The notes: a model not told the origin generated them from the sequence alone. DNA of 64,000 nt from an uncultured virus (IMG/VR IMGVR_UViG_3300021579_000006) (IMGVR_UViG_3300021579_000006), one strand, 5' to 3'. Positions 37,283 through 46,161 are shown, numbered from the stretch's first letter. Made by a program: numbers and translations.

Positions 37283-37523
37283 TTATAACCCCAAGAGCCC
37301 AGCCGACACATTCAGTGCTTTCTGCCTCAAACGCCTCAATAATCTTTAGCTTCATGTCTTCTGCGCCCAGCTCATAGCCAAAGGTAGACGAGGAATCAAT
37401 AGCCTCTGCAATAGCATCATTTAATACTTCTTTTGCAGCCATTGCAGCTTGAACTGCAGACCCTATCTTAGAGATGATAACATCATCTGGGTCAGCGGAG
37501 AATTCAAAATCAGTTATAGACAT
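37260..37523 (-). CDS. Hypothetical protein
   Basis: Coupled ORF. Confidence 0.6.
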   Translation of the reverse strand: MSITDFEFSADPDDVIISKIGSAVQAAMAAKEVLNDAIAEAIDSSSTFGYELGAEDMKLKIIEAFEAESTECVGWALGVINAALSHN

Positions 37524-38218
37524 TACGGAGCAACGCGTCCATTCTTGTTAAAAGTTTCATAAGTTACTGGCATCTTCTCAGCAAAGAAGCATTCCATCTT
37601 CTCAGCAACCATCTCAATCTCCCGCTGAGGGAATGAAGGGAAGTGGGTTCCTTCACGAGTAGTACGCAGGCTCAGGAAGTTCATCAAGCTACGAGCATTC
37701 ATGGTTACGTACATTGAAGAATAAGTATTTACAGGAAGAACTGCACGAGCTACTTCACGAGCAACTCCGGCCTTAAGCATCTCTTGATAGTGCTCGTATG
37801 CACTCTTGCTAGCCATGTAAATCTCTTGACGAGTAGTAGAGAACTGCTCCTTAGATCCATCTACAAATATGTAGGCTCCAGGCTTACCCTGCTGAACAAG
37901 CTTACGCTCTTCATTAGGGGTATAAAAAATAGGAGCCAACTCCTTATAACGACCGCTCTCTTCATTGTAAGAGGCAATGCGGTGACGCATGAACTCACGG
38001 AAGACGAAGATTGGAGCTTCAATATAGAAGGTAAAAGCATTGTGCTCAAATGGCGACCCGTGACGGTCACGCATTAGGTAGTTGATGAGGCCCTTATCTC
38101 GGTTCTCATTGGCCTCGGCTCCAGTGGATACACGGGCAGCCATGACGACAGCATCGTCAGATGCCATAGAGTTGATCAACTCTACAGTTACATCAGATCT
38201 AAATTCAATATTAAGCAT
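37523..38218 (-). CDS. thyX: Flavin-dependent thymidylate synthase
   Basis: HGSPFEH, RHRIASYNEESGRY and REVARAVLP. Confidence 0.95.
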   Translation of the reverse strand: MLNIEFRSDVTVELINSMASDDAVVMAARVSTGAEANENRDKGLINYLMRDRHGSPFEHNAFTFYIEAPIFVFREFMRHRIASYNEESGRYKELAPIFYTPNEERKLVQQGKPGAYIFVDGSKEQFSTTRQEIYMASKSAYEHYQEMLKAGVAREVARAVLPVNTYSSMYVTMNARSLMNFLSLRTTREGTHFPSFPQREIEMVAEKMECFFAEKMPVTYETFNKNGRVAP

Positions 38219-38244
38219 GAGACCATGCTAACACATTAAACCTT

Positions 38245-38925
38245 CTAAATCAGCGGTATCCAGTGCTGCTCGAACTCTTCTTTATGCTTATTAGAGATAA
38301 TATCTTTTAGCGGAACAACATCATAAGCAATAGTGATTCTTTTACCAAGCCACTCCCACTCCATCTGGGTATGCGGGTGACCCATCTCAGAGAGAATAGC
38401 TCTATTATTCTTATTCACATTTACCTTAGTTTTACCAAACACCGAGTATAGAGTCTCAGATGGCTCTGCATTTACACAGTAGTAGCCGTGAAAGTTAGGG
38501 GCACCCTCTAATCCATGCTCGTGCCAGCCTAAAAGACCTTCACCTCGGTGATTAATATTGAACCAACCTTGGACCATATACTGCTGCTTATCAAAATCAA
38601 TGCCATAGTAGTCACAGGCTTCATGAACCATTTCAGAGACTGCAACAAACAATGAATGAATAGCAGGGATATGAAACTGAAAAACATTATATTGACGCCA
38701 CTTTGCAGTAGAAACACTTCCGGCTTCTAAAAAGACTTCACCTTCAGCTAGTACTGGAGTAACCCCAAGTAGCTTAGCTTCCTCGATCTTTTTATATCTA
38801 TCTTCAAGATTAGCTGCAAGTTCTAATAGATCAGAGTCTAGATATCTTTCAAAAAATCTATGCTCTCTATCCGTAGTACTAAATCCTGAAGGAGCCAGAG
38901 ACATCAGCTCATTATATTTATCCAT
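38245..38925 (-). CDS. Putative 2OG-Fe(II) oxygenase-like (cupin) protein
   Basis: QGWFNIN, WHEH, HGYY, HPH and RITIAYD. Confidence 0.65.
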   Translation of the reverse strand: MDKYNELMSLAPSGFSTTDREHRFFERYLDSDLLELAANLEDRYKKIEEAKLLGVTPVLAEGEVFLEAGSVSTAKWRQYNVFQFHIPAIHSLFVAVSEMVHEACDYYGIDFDKQQYMVQGWFNINHRGEGLLGWHEHGLEGAPNFHGYYCVNAEPSETLYSVFGKTKVNVNKNNRAILSEMGHPHTQMEWEWLGKRITIAYDVVPLKDIISNKHKEEFEQHWIPLI

Positions 38926-38927
38926 GG

Positions 38928-39569
38928 CTATCCTTCAAAAAATCCCATTGATGACACATTACCGTACCGTGAAAAGAACATAATTAATGCAATACGAACA
39001 CCAGAAGTTATTGGATGAACCTCATGGATGTGTTCAACATCTCCTTTAAAGAAGAATAGAGATCCAGCCGAGGGGGTGTATTTAAGTTCTTGCTTAGGAA
39101 ATTCTATCTCTCCACCAGAGAAATCCACCCCACCGCCAGAGTTAAGGTAGAGAACAGCTGAGTACTCTAGCTCTTCCGGAATACCGTCATCACGGTAGGT
39201 AGAGCCATCCAGCTTCGTACTATCAGAATGCATAGGGATTCCAGGGCCCTCGTAGAACTCCGTATAGCTAGCATTAACTAGTGACATATCAAGATTAAAT
39301 CCAATTTCGATAGCTTTTCTAGAACTAACTAAGGCTGAAGTAAGTAGCCGTATTCGAGAGTCAGTAAGTGGATCACCCGAGTAAGCAAGAGCTGGATTGT
39401 CAATTGCTACCTCCGAGGCAATCTCCGAGTTAGGGAATCCAAGTGCTACCCGATGTGTAGGACGCTCATCTCCAGATATACACCTAGGAGATAGAAGGGC
39501 TATTATTTCCTGACATTCGGAGTCAGTAAGAAACTTCTCCAGCTCTACAGGGAAATCACTCATCTCCAA
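38928..39569 (-). CDS. 2OG-Fe(II) oxygenase
   Basis: HSD...YLN...GGEIEFP...HEV...GVR. Confidence 0.85.
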   Translation of the reverse strand: MEMSDFPVELEKFLTDSECQEIIALLSPRCISGDERPTHRVALGFPNSEIASEVAIDNPALAYSGDPLTDSRIRLLTSALVSSRKAIEIGFNLDMSLVNASYTEFYEGPGIPMHSDSTKLDGSTYRDDGIPEELEYSAVLYLNSGGGVDFSGGEIEFPKQELKYTPSAGSLFFFKGDVEHIHEVHPITSGVRIALIMFFSRYGNVSSMGFFEG

Positions 39570-40116
39570 AGATGACCATTCTCTTCAAAATATCTGTATC
39601 AGAATCTAATTGGAAGTCTTTACATCTATCAAAGAACCAACTATTCCCAGGTTCAAAGTGGAATAGGAGAATTTCATATTCGTTATTCTCTGGATCTGGA
39701 AGAGGTTTACGGTAGTGCTCGAGCTTACTTCCAACAAAGCACAAAGCTTGATTAGGTTCTAAATAGTATGGCTTCTCATCTATATAGATAGGCCATGGCT
39801 CCGTTTTCTGAGTTAGACAATAGTCAATCGTATACTCACCAGCATCCATATCTAGATGATGTGGAAGCCTAGACCCTTCCCAAGCATACCTAGCATAGGA
39901 AGAATAGCTAGTTTTAATAGTTGGATCGCCAAAGACTTCACGAGCAACAGGTTCCAGCTGAGAGCTGTAATCTCTTTCAAGCTCATTGTTGTATACCAAA
40001 AATCGCCTACAATATGGATCATATTCACGATTTCGACCAGGCTCATGCTTAAGCTCATGGATGCGAGCAATCTGTTCGTCTGTAAAGACGTTATCAATTA
40101 TGACTGGCTCTAGCAT
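39556..40116 (-). CDS. 2OG-Fe(II) oxygenase-like protein
   Basis: LPHHLD...PWPIYID...EHYR; paralog of 40437-40979. Confidence 0.75.
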   Translation of the reverse strand: MLEPVIIDNVFTDEQIARIHELKHEPGRNREYDPYCRRFLVYNNELERDYSSQLEPVAREVFGDPTIKTSYSSYARYAWEGSRLPHHLDMDAGEYTIDYCLTQKTEPWPIYIDEKPYYLEPNQALCFVGSKLEHYRKPLPDPENNEYEILLFHFEPGNSWFFDRCKDFQLDSDTDILKRMVIFGDE

Positions 40117-40131
40117 GGATATAATTTTAGC

Positions 40132-40440
40132 ATGTTAGAAAACGAGTACGAGGACAACCTAGATATCAGCGAATACGCTAAACAAGGGTTTCCAGACCCC
40201 ACCCCCGGTAAAGAAGAGATGACTTTCGAGGAGTGGCTACGCTACGGGTCATCCCGATACTGGACCTCAGCGCCAATCTGTTTTACTCATGACGGAATAC
40301 CTCCAGAGAAGGAGGACTGCCACCATTACATCTTGGTATACAAGAATTTTAACCAAGCAATGGAATCAACACAAGAGTTTGCACCAGCAACTTGGAGGCA
40401 CCACTCCCGTGGATTCAAGTGGTGGAATAAGGAAGTTTAG
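40132..40440 (+). CDS. Hypothetical protein (FEEWL...C.THDG family)
   Basis: Paralog of 46182-46415. Confidence 0.7.
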   Translation: MLENEYEDNLDISEYAKQGFPDPTPGKEEMTFEEWLRYGSSRYWTSAPICFTHDGIPPEKEDCHHYILVYKNFNQAMESTQEFAPATWRHHSRGFKWWNKEV

Positions 40441-40979
40441 TCTTCTTTAGATTCCTTGAATAGCTTATATACATAATCAGGACCCTCAGTAAAATACCAA
40501 TGGTCCTCGGGGCAGAAGTGGAACATGATCATTTCCACTCGATTATTCTCTGGATCTGGCATATCGTATCTACCATGAGCATCATGCCCACCCATAAAAG
40601 CTAAAGCCTGGCCCGGCGCTATAAAGAACTCTTCATCCTCAATAACCACACCCCAGGGCGTAACCTGAGAGACGCAGTAGTCAAGGGTATATACACACGC
40701 ATTCTGGTCATGGTGCATTGGAAGTCTAGATGTTGGTTGGTTGTAGTCAACATATGCTGAATAAGTTGTCTTTAAGGTTTCATCACCAAAGATCTGACGA
40801 GCAAGTGGTTCTAGTTTCTTACTAAAGTATTCTTCTAGTTCAGCAAACTTACGGATGCGTCGATCATGGGCTTTATCTGCCCATGACTTAAGATATGACT
40901 TCGAATCAAGAAGTTCACGTAGAGCCAACTTATCTTCTTCAGAAAAGACATCTGAAATAATTACTGGATTAAAGTGCAT
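40437..40979 (-). CDS. 2OG-Fe(II) oxygenase-like protein
   Basis: LPMHHD...PWGVVIE...AHGR...PDPENN. Confidence 0.75.
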   Translation of the reverse strand: MHFNPVIISDVFSEEDKLALRELLDSKSYLKSWADKAHDRRIRKFAELEEYFSKKLEPLARQIFGDETLKTTYSAYVDYNQPTSRLPMHHDQNACVYTLDYCVSQVTPWGVVIEDEEFFIAPGQALAFMGGHDAHGRYDMPDPENNRVEMIMFHFCPEDHWYFTEGPDYVYKLFKESKED

Positions 40980-40994
40980 ACATTAATCCTACAA

Positions 40995-41071
40995 TGGAGC
41001 CGCCTATCGGACTCGAACCGATAACATCCGCGTTACAAAGGCGGCGCTCTGCCAATTGGAGCTAAGGCGGC
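40995..41071 (-). tRNA. tRNA-Thr(UGU)
   Basis: Cloverleaf GCCGCCT...AGGCGGC-TCCA; anticodon loop TT-TGT-AA; C-C mismatch at the base of the anticodon stem. Confidence 0.9.
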
Positions 41072-41072
41072 G

Positions 41073-41147
41073 TGGCAGTCCCAGCGAGAATCGAACTCGC
41101 CCTACCGCCGTGAAAGGGCGGCGTTCTAACCGATAAACTATGGGACC
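41073..41147 (-). tRNA. tRNA-Glu(UUC)
   Basis: CCGCC-CT-TTC-AC-GGCGG; encoded CCA. Confidence 0.93.
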
Positions 41148-41258
41148 ATATTCAATTAAAAGGATCGTTCTTTATCTCTACGCTCTAAATAACATTTAGG
41201 GCAGTAGCTACCTTTAAATCTTATACGATGCTTTCGACAAGGATAGCCCTTCAAAGAT

Positions 41259-41750
41259 TTAAATTGGCCAAACATAGTCATAGCTTTCCGGCTTCACTCC
41301 AGAGTCTTCAGGCCAACCCCATTGCGAATACCATTCATAATCTTTATTAAGAAGAGCCATTCGATGAGATGCAGCAACTTCCTTAAATACTTTAGCATCA
41401 GTAACCCAACTCGGAGCAACTGCTTGAGTATTTTCAAGCAAGCCTAGCGAGATAGCAGTCTTAATAGTTGACTTTGCTTTATCACCAATAGTTGACTTAT
41501 AGCCACGACGAATCCACTCATCCACCATTGCCTGGATATATAGGTAGAGTGATATCTCATGACCACGCCACATTTTTACAGCTGGATGGTTTACCCAGCC
41601 TTTAGGGGCACGGTGATTTCCCTGCGGGTCTAGTTCGAGTAGAGTCATAAGAATCTGCCAACCCTCAAGGGCATTTTTATTAAGGCGACGGTTGTCTAGA
41701 AGACGTGCGCAAGATTCAAAAGATTCAGTTGAGGGGACAAATGACTGCAT
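41259..41750 (-). CDS. Pyrimidine-dimer DNA glycosylase/DenV-like (MSMEG_6728-type) protein
   Basis: MQSFVP...LDNRRLNK...E..QI...NHPAVKMWRGHE...SHR..LL.KD...YVWP. Confidence 0.8.
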   Translation of the reverse strand: MQSFVPSTESFESCARLLDNRRLNKNALEGWQILMTLLELDPQGNHRAPKGWVNHPAVKMWRGHEISLYLYIQAMVDEWIRRGYKSTIGDKAKSTIKTAISLGLLENTQAVAPSWVTDAKVFKEVAASHRMALLNKDYEWYSQWGWPEDSGVKPESYDYVWPI

Positions 41751-41753
41751 TTT

Positions 41754-42380
41754 TTATTCTCGTTTCTTTAGAGTATTTTTATCATACCCTAAAGACTCTA
41801 TAAAGTCAACCAACCGTTTATTTTCAGATAATAATGATCTATAGGCGTGCATCCGCTTAACATTATCTCTTAAAGGTATAGCCTCTAAATGCTCCGGATT
41901 AACACATAGTCTATTTCTACATAAATGGTCTATAGTTTCTCCAGGCTCCAGCACCCTTACCAGTTCTTCAAAAATAATTCTATGAACCATAACTTGTTTC
42001 CCAGACAAAGATATCTGCGGATAGCCCTTTTTTCCAGAGACCCTACCATTCCAAGACCAGCAATATTCAGTTTTTTCTATATTTTTATTAATTCTATCTA
42101 GAATAGAGACTTGATTTGAGAGGGTTGTAAGTTCTTTTCCCAGTCTTTGCTGACGCCAATGGGCACCACACAGCCCTTTAGATATCTGATTATTGACACA
42201 CGAAGGAAAAGAGCAAGGGATTGAAGTTACAGAATTACCTTTAATGGTTAGTGGTCTCAGGGGTTGATTTCGTTTTAATTGGCTATAGTGGCCAGAACAT
42301 ACGTCACGAGCGTATTTCTTATTTACACACTTATTAAAGGAGCATATTTCTATCATATATAGATAATAACATATTTTCAA
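41754..42380 (-). CDS. Free-standing HNH endonuclease with N-terminal Zn ribbons
   Basis: CWSWNG, VHR and IDHLCRNRLCVNPEHLE; two C-x4-C...C-xx-H repeats; AT-rich. Confidence 0.85.
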   Translation of the reverse strand: MKICYYLYMIEICSFNKCVNKKYARDVCSGHYSQLKRNQPLRPLTIKGNSVTSIPCSFPSCVNNQISKGLCGAHWRQQRLGKELTTLSNQVSILDRINKNIEKTEYCWSWNGRVSGKKGYPQISLSGKQVMVHRIIFEELVRVLEPGETIDHLCRNRLCVNPEHLEAIPLRDNVKRMHAYRSLLSENKRLVDFIESLGYDKNTLKKRE

Positions 42381-42410
42381 TAAGCAGAATATCTATATTT
42401 TGGCAAAAAG

Positions 42411-42487
42411 TGGCGATCCTGAACGGGCTTGAACCGTCGACCTCCGCCGTGACAGGGCGGCGCTCTAACCAACTGAGCTACAGGACC
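42411..42487 (-). tRNA. tRNA-Asp(GUC)
   Basis: CCGCC-CT-GTC-AC-GGCGG; encoded CCA. Confidence 0.95.
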
Positions 42488-42503
42488 ATGTATTTAAGTA
42501 TAG

Positions 42504-42576
42504 CGCCTCATGTAGGATTTGAACCCACGGCCTACCGGGTAGAAACCGGACGCTCTATCCGCTGAGCTAATGAGGC
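42504..42576 (-). tRNA. tRNA-Arg(UCU)
   Basis: CCGG-TT-TCT-AC-CCGG; no encoded CCA. Confidence 0.9.
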
Positions 42577-43088
42577 ATTTCTATTAGTTTAGTGATATCA
42601 GTATAGATGTCAAGTGCAGTTTCCTTAGGACCTCCACCTCTATATATGTATAATTCTTCAGGAGAGTAGTCGCCAATATTATCTATAGATAAAGTATCAA
42701 CCGGTCTACTATAGTCAGCTGAACACGAGACTATTGAGCTAAGTAGGATCTCAGACCCATACGCATTAGACAGTTCTAGAATTTTTTCCGAGCTAGTCCA
42801 GAGCAGTTCTTTATTACACAAAATAGCATCGCAGCCAGCAGCTAAAGAGATCTCCAGTAAATAAAAACTAGATATGTGATCACTACTAACATCGATAAAT
42901 ACATCAAACCCAGAGTCAAAGAACTCAGATACGGAATTGGTATAGAGATATTTATTGTATTTTCTAGCCTTAGTAGTGTCTTTAACCAGTATTGATGCTA
43001 CAGATATCTGACTATCTCCATCCAGAAGAGACAGCAATTCTTCACCTACTTGACCACAGCCAACTATACCTACGCGGATACTGCTCAA
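42567..43088 (-). CDS. Stand-alone homoserine-dehydrogenase-like NAD-binding domain
   Basis: VGIVGCGQVG Rossmann motif, ILVKD and ILCNK (ANK-like); lacks the catalytic domain. Confidence 0.65.
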   Translation of the reverse strand: MSSIRVGIVGCGQVGEELLSLLDGDSQISVASILVKDTTKARKYNKYLYTNSVSEFFDSGFDVFIDVSSDHISSFYLLEISLAAGCDAILCNKELLWTSSEKILELSNAYGSEILLSSIVSCSADYSRPVDTLSIDNIGDYSPEELYIYRGGGPKETALDIYTDITKLIEMPH

Positions 43089-43700
43089 CTATGAACTCCA
43101 CACGAAAGAGGTAATGACATATCTAGTTGGACCGTCACCGACAGACTTAACTCCATGCACAAAGTCAGGGCCAGCAGCAAAAATAACCAGGCTTTTCTCA
43201 GGAAACCTATAGCTCAAACCCTTGTTAGGAAAGTATAGTTCTCCGTCTACAAAGTCTTCATTGAGATATAAAACACTAGCAAAAGCTATCTTCTCGTCGT
43301 AAGCCTGATCGTGGTGCTCGGCTAAAGAAACACCTGTATATTGGCGTTGTACATTGATAAAAGGTTTAACTAGCAGCGTACCAGCACTGCTTAAAAATTT
43401 ATACAATCTGTCAGCAAGTTTGAAGCTTAGGTCTAGATCAGGGACCGAGATACATTTGTCCAACCAAAACTCATTTACATGGTTTTGAATATTAGCCAAT
43501 TCTTCTTTACCGTGGCGATACTCCACTTCTCCTCGTAGAGTTTCCATATACGAATCAGCCCACTCAGATTCAGGAGCAGACTTGCAAACATTTAAAAGAT
43601 AGTTATGCTCTTCATCAATAATAAAGTTTCTAATTAGATAGATACCGTCTTCTAGCTCCTCGAGAATCAGGCCATCTATTGTTGTAGGGGTTAGTCGCAT
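43089..43700 (-). CDS. 2OG-Fe(II) oxygenase
   Basis: HHD...YLNEDFVDGELYFP...HGV...GPTRY; similar to 13344-14045. Confidence 0.85.
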   Translation of the reverse strand: MRLTPTTIDGLILEELEDGIYLIRNFIIDEEHNYLLNVCKSAPESEWADSYMETLRGEVEYRHGKEELANIQNHVNEFWLDKCISVPDLDLSFKLADRLYKFLSSAGTLLVKPFINVQRQYTGVSLAEHHDQAYDEKIAFASVLYLNEDFVDGELYFPNKGLSYRFPEKSLVIFAAGPDFVHGVKSVGDGPTRYVITSFVWSS

Positions 43701-43719
43701 TATTCCTCCACTACTATTA

Positions 43720-43804
43720 TGGTCCCTGCAGCGAGACTTGAACTCGCAATCCCGAAGGCGGCTGATTTTAAGTCAGCTGCGTATACCAATTCCACCATGC
43801 AGGG
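43720..43804 (-). tRNA. tRNA-Leu(UAA)
   Basis: GCTGA-CT-TAA-AA-TCAGC; long variable arm; CCA. Confidence 0.93.
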
Positions 43805-43809
43805 GTGAG

Positions 43810-43883
43810 TCGAGGTTGTGGGACTTGAACCCACGACGACCGAATTATGAGTTCGGGGCTCTAACCAGCTGAGCTAAACCTCG
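43810..43883 (-). tRNA. tRNA-CAU (elongator Met or Ile2)
   Basis: CCGAA-CT-CAT-AA-TTCGG; paired 1:72, so not an initiator. Confidence 0.88.
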
Positions 43884-43900
43884 TGTCCATCAGTCTACAG

Positions 43901-44329
43901 CTAAACTCCTGTAGAACCAAATCCACCTTCGCCACGATCTGACGATGGGAGAACCTCTACCAACTCAAAGTCAGCAGATACAAATTCTTGAATAACTAGC
44001 TGAGCAATACGATCTCCACGACGGATAACAAAATCAGCATCGCCAGCATTATAAAGAATAACCTTAATTTCACCACGATAACCGGAGTCCACGGTTCCAG
44101 GGGTATTAAGAACAGTAACGCCATTACGAACAGCTAAACCACTGCGAGGGTGCACTAGACCTACATAGTTATCTGGAAGTGCAATCGAGACTCCAGTAGG
44201 GATTAGGAAGCGCTCTCCAGGAAGAAGTACGTAGTCGATAGCTGACTTAAGGTCAGCACCGGCATCACCGTGCTTTGCGTAGGATGGCATAAAGTCAGGA
44301 CTAGTTGCAGTAATTTGAATTTTTGTCAT
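43901..44329 (-). CDS. dut: Trimeric dUTPase
   Basis: [27 protein letters not shown] and [10 protein letters not shown]. Confidence 0.96.
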   Translation of the reverse strand: MTKIQITATSPDFMPSYAKHGDAGADLKSAIDYVLLPGERFLIPTGVSIALPDNYVGLVHPRSGLAVRNGVTVLNTPGTVDSGYRGEIKVILYNAGDADFVIRRGDRIAQLVIQEFVSADFELVEVLPSSDRGEGGFGSTGV

Positions 44330-44351
44330 GCGACTACATTACTACAGATAA

Positions 44352-44386
44352 AGAAAAAACTCCACGCCTTCCCGGGCATGGAGTTT
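44352..44386 (-). terminator. Intrinsic terminator
   Basis: AAACTCCATGCC...GGCGTGGAGTTTTTTC. Confidence 0.75.
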
Positions 44387-44568
44387 AATCGCCAATGAAA
44401 TAACCTAGACCGGAAACCAGCCCCTCAGTTGTTGGCACAACCTTCTCGATTACTCCGTAGTTTCTAGGGTCACGATCCCTACACACCCCTAACCCATCCC
44501 GCGAAGATGGCGATGTGGCTCCTTGCGAAACCTGTACATGTAGCATTTTAACCAAGTGCAAAGCACCG

Positions 44569-44639
44569 AGCGGATAGCGAGAATCGAACTCGCACCTTCA
44601 ACTTGGAAGGATGAGGCACTACCATTATGCAATATCCGC
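44569..44639 (-). tRNA. tRNA-Gly(UCC)
   Basis: GCGGATA...TATCCGC-T; anticodon loop CT-TCC-AA. Confidence 0.9.
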
Positions 44640-44782
44640 GTAGCTGCGTCCAGCTACTTTTATTTTATATCATTCTCATAGTCACCGCTACACCAATTCG
44701 CGAAAATGGTCCTCCGACGTTATTTCCTTTTTAGGGGACGTGGGATATGCTGACTGCAATACATCATCACGGTTAGTAGATT

Positions 44783-44811
44783 AGATTAACATAACTTATT
44801 CATGAAGTCAA
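44783..44811 (-). promoter_or_regulatory. Promoter TTGACT-17-TAATCT
   Basis: Upstream of tRNA-Gly and downstream of the terminator at about 44827-44873. Confidence 0.7.
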
Positions 44812-45120
44812 ACTAAAAATACAGTTAAAAATAAAACACCCTGGCACTCTTTCGAGCTTGTTCCAGGGTGTTTAGTGTGAATAGGTGGAATGCTTTTTAC
44901 CACCAGGGCCTAGCTATTACGGTCCAGTAGATCCGCTTTTGAGCCCACATGACGTTTGTCCGCTAAGACGATCCGCTAAGATCCGCCACTGCCTTACCTG
45001 CCCCATATAGCTTTGCAGGTTATTCAGCCATACTCCAAGATTTCCGTCGAAATCTTGTTGTCTATACTCTAACACACTTTTATTAGAAATGTTAGAAATT
45101 CTTATTTTTATTTTTAACTG

Positions 45121-45192
45121 CTGTCCCACCAGGACTCGAACCTAGAATGACGGTACCAAAAACCGTAGTGTTGCCGATTACACCATGGGACA
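45121..45192 (-). tRNA. tRNA-Gln(UUG)
   Basis: ACGGT-TT-TTG-GT-ACCGT. Confidence 0.92.
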
Positions 45193-45194
45193 AG

Positions 45195-45283
45195 TGGAGG
45201 AAGATGTGGGATTTGAACCCACGGTGGCTATTAACCACGACAGTTTTCAAGACTGTTCCGTTCGGCCGCTCCGGCAATCTTCC
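45195..45283 (-). tRNA. tRNA-Ser(UGA)
   Basis: ACAGT-CT-TGA-AA-ACTGT; long variable arm; U discriminator plus CCA. Confidence 0.92.
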
Positions 45284-45466
45284 ATTCGCTCTTCGTGCTC
45301 ACCAGTTTTTTGCATGCTGGAAGCTATCGCCAAGAGCTCTATATGCTAGATGGTCGCTGCAGGCTCCGGACCTGAATGTCCTCACCAGTTTGCATCTATG
45401 GCTCCACCAGGGTCGGTTTCGCATACAGATAGCAGTCATAGAAATTATTCAGATTTCTATCTTGCG

Positions 45467-45540
45467 CTGCCCCTGTTGGAGTCGAACCAACAAACCTTCG
45501 AGTTAACGGCTCGCTGCTCTGCCAATTGAGCTAAGGGGCA
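45467..45540 (-). tRNA. tRNA-Asn(GUU)
   Basis: CGAG-CC-GTT-AA-CTCG; C at position 33. Confidence 0.88.
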
Positions 45541-45657
45541 TTATTTAGCCCTAGAGGTCCGCCCACCGTCCGGAAGGCTCCCTCTAGCACTTGTCCTACC
45601 GTACCTTGGACCATTTACCTACCACGCCCATATGTCGTGTTTCAGAGTACGGAATAG

Positions 45658-45994
45658 TGGAGATGGGGGGAATTGAACCCCCGTCCGATCAAAGACAAAC
45701 TATTCTTCTACAAGCTTAGGCAGTTTATATTTCCAGGACCGAACTGCCACATCCTGTGGTGCTTCAGTTTTACGTCTCCAGCATGGACGTGGTGCGGGTT
45801 TGTTCTACTTATTTAAAACCTGACTGCCCACCTAGAACTGGTGCTTTGTCAGGGGTACTAGTTACCTATTACTAAGCAGCTAGTGCGAATGCTGAACGTG
45901 AGTTTGCATTTATTTGGTTGCCCGATTCAAGAGGTACAGGCTTCTCTGCTTGCTTCACTAGTTTTTCGAATGACCGTCGAATCCGATCATCCCC
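45658..45994 (-). ncRNA. ssrA: tmRNA, tag ANSRSAFALAA
   Basis: 5' GGGGATGATCGGATTCGAC; 3' GACGGGGGTTCAATTCCCCCCATCTCCA; resume context AAATAAAT-GCA; tag ends ALAA-TAG-TAA. Confidence 0.95.
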
Positions 45995-46026
45995 GTATTC
46001 AATTATAAGTTAATTATAGCGACTAA

Positions 46027-46161
46027 TTAGTTATCTGCTACAAGACGACGCTTGATTGGATCAAACTTCTTCGGGTGCTTCTTGAATGCCTTCTGATTTG
46101 GACGATCAGTGCTTCCCTTAGTTGGTGCTGCTGGCTTTGCGCCACCTTTACCCTTTGCCAT
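46027..46161 (-). CDS. Small very basic protein (44 aa, not in ORF track)
   Basis: MAKGKGGAKPAAPTKGSTDRPNQKAFKKHPKKFDPIKRRLVADN; AAGGAAAG RBS. Confidence 0.7.
   Translation of the reverse strand: MAKGKGGAKPAAPTKGSTDRPNQKAFKKHPKKFDPIKRRLVADN

Noticed and set aside
45295..45395. CTGGTGAG repeats as hammerhead ribozyme cores
   Set aside because: The core differs from CUGANGA and I could not build the three stems with a GAAA.
44917..45506. ORFs 44917-45129, 45092-45277 and 45147-45506
   Set aside because: They overlap tRNA genes or structured RNA and lack RBS or protein-like features.
46027..46161. Ribosomal protein bL33 call
   Set aside because: Only the KKFDP..R fragment resembles it, which is insufficient for assignment.
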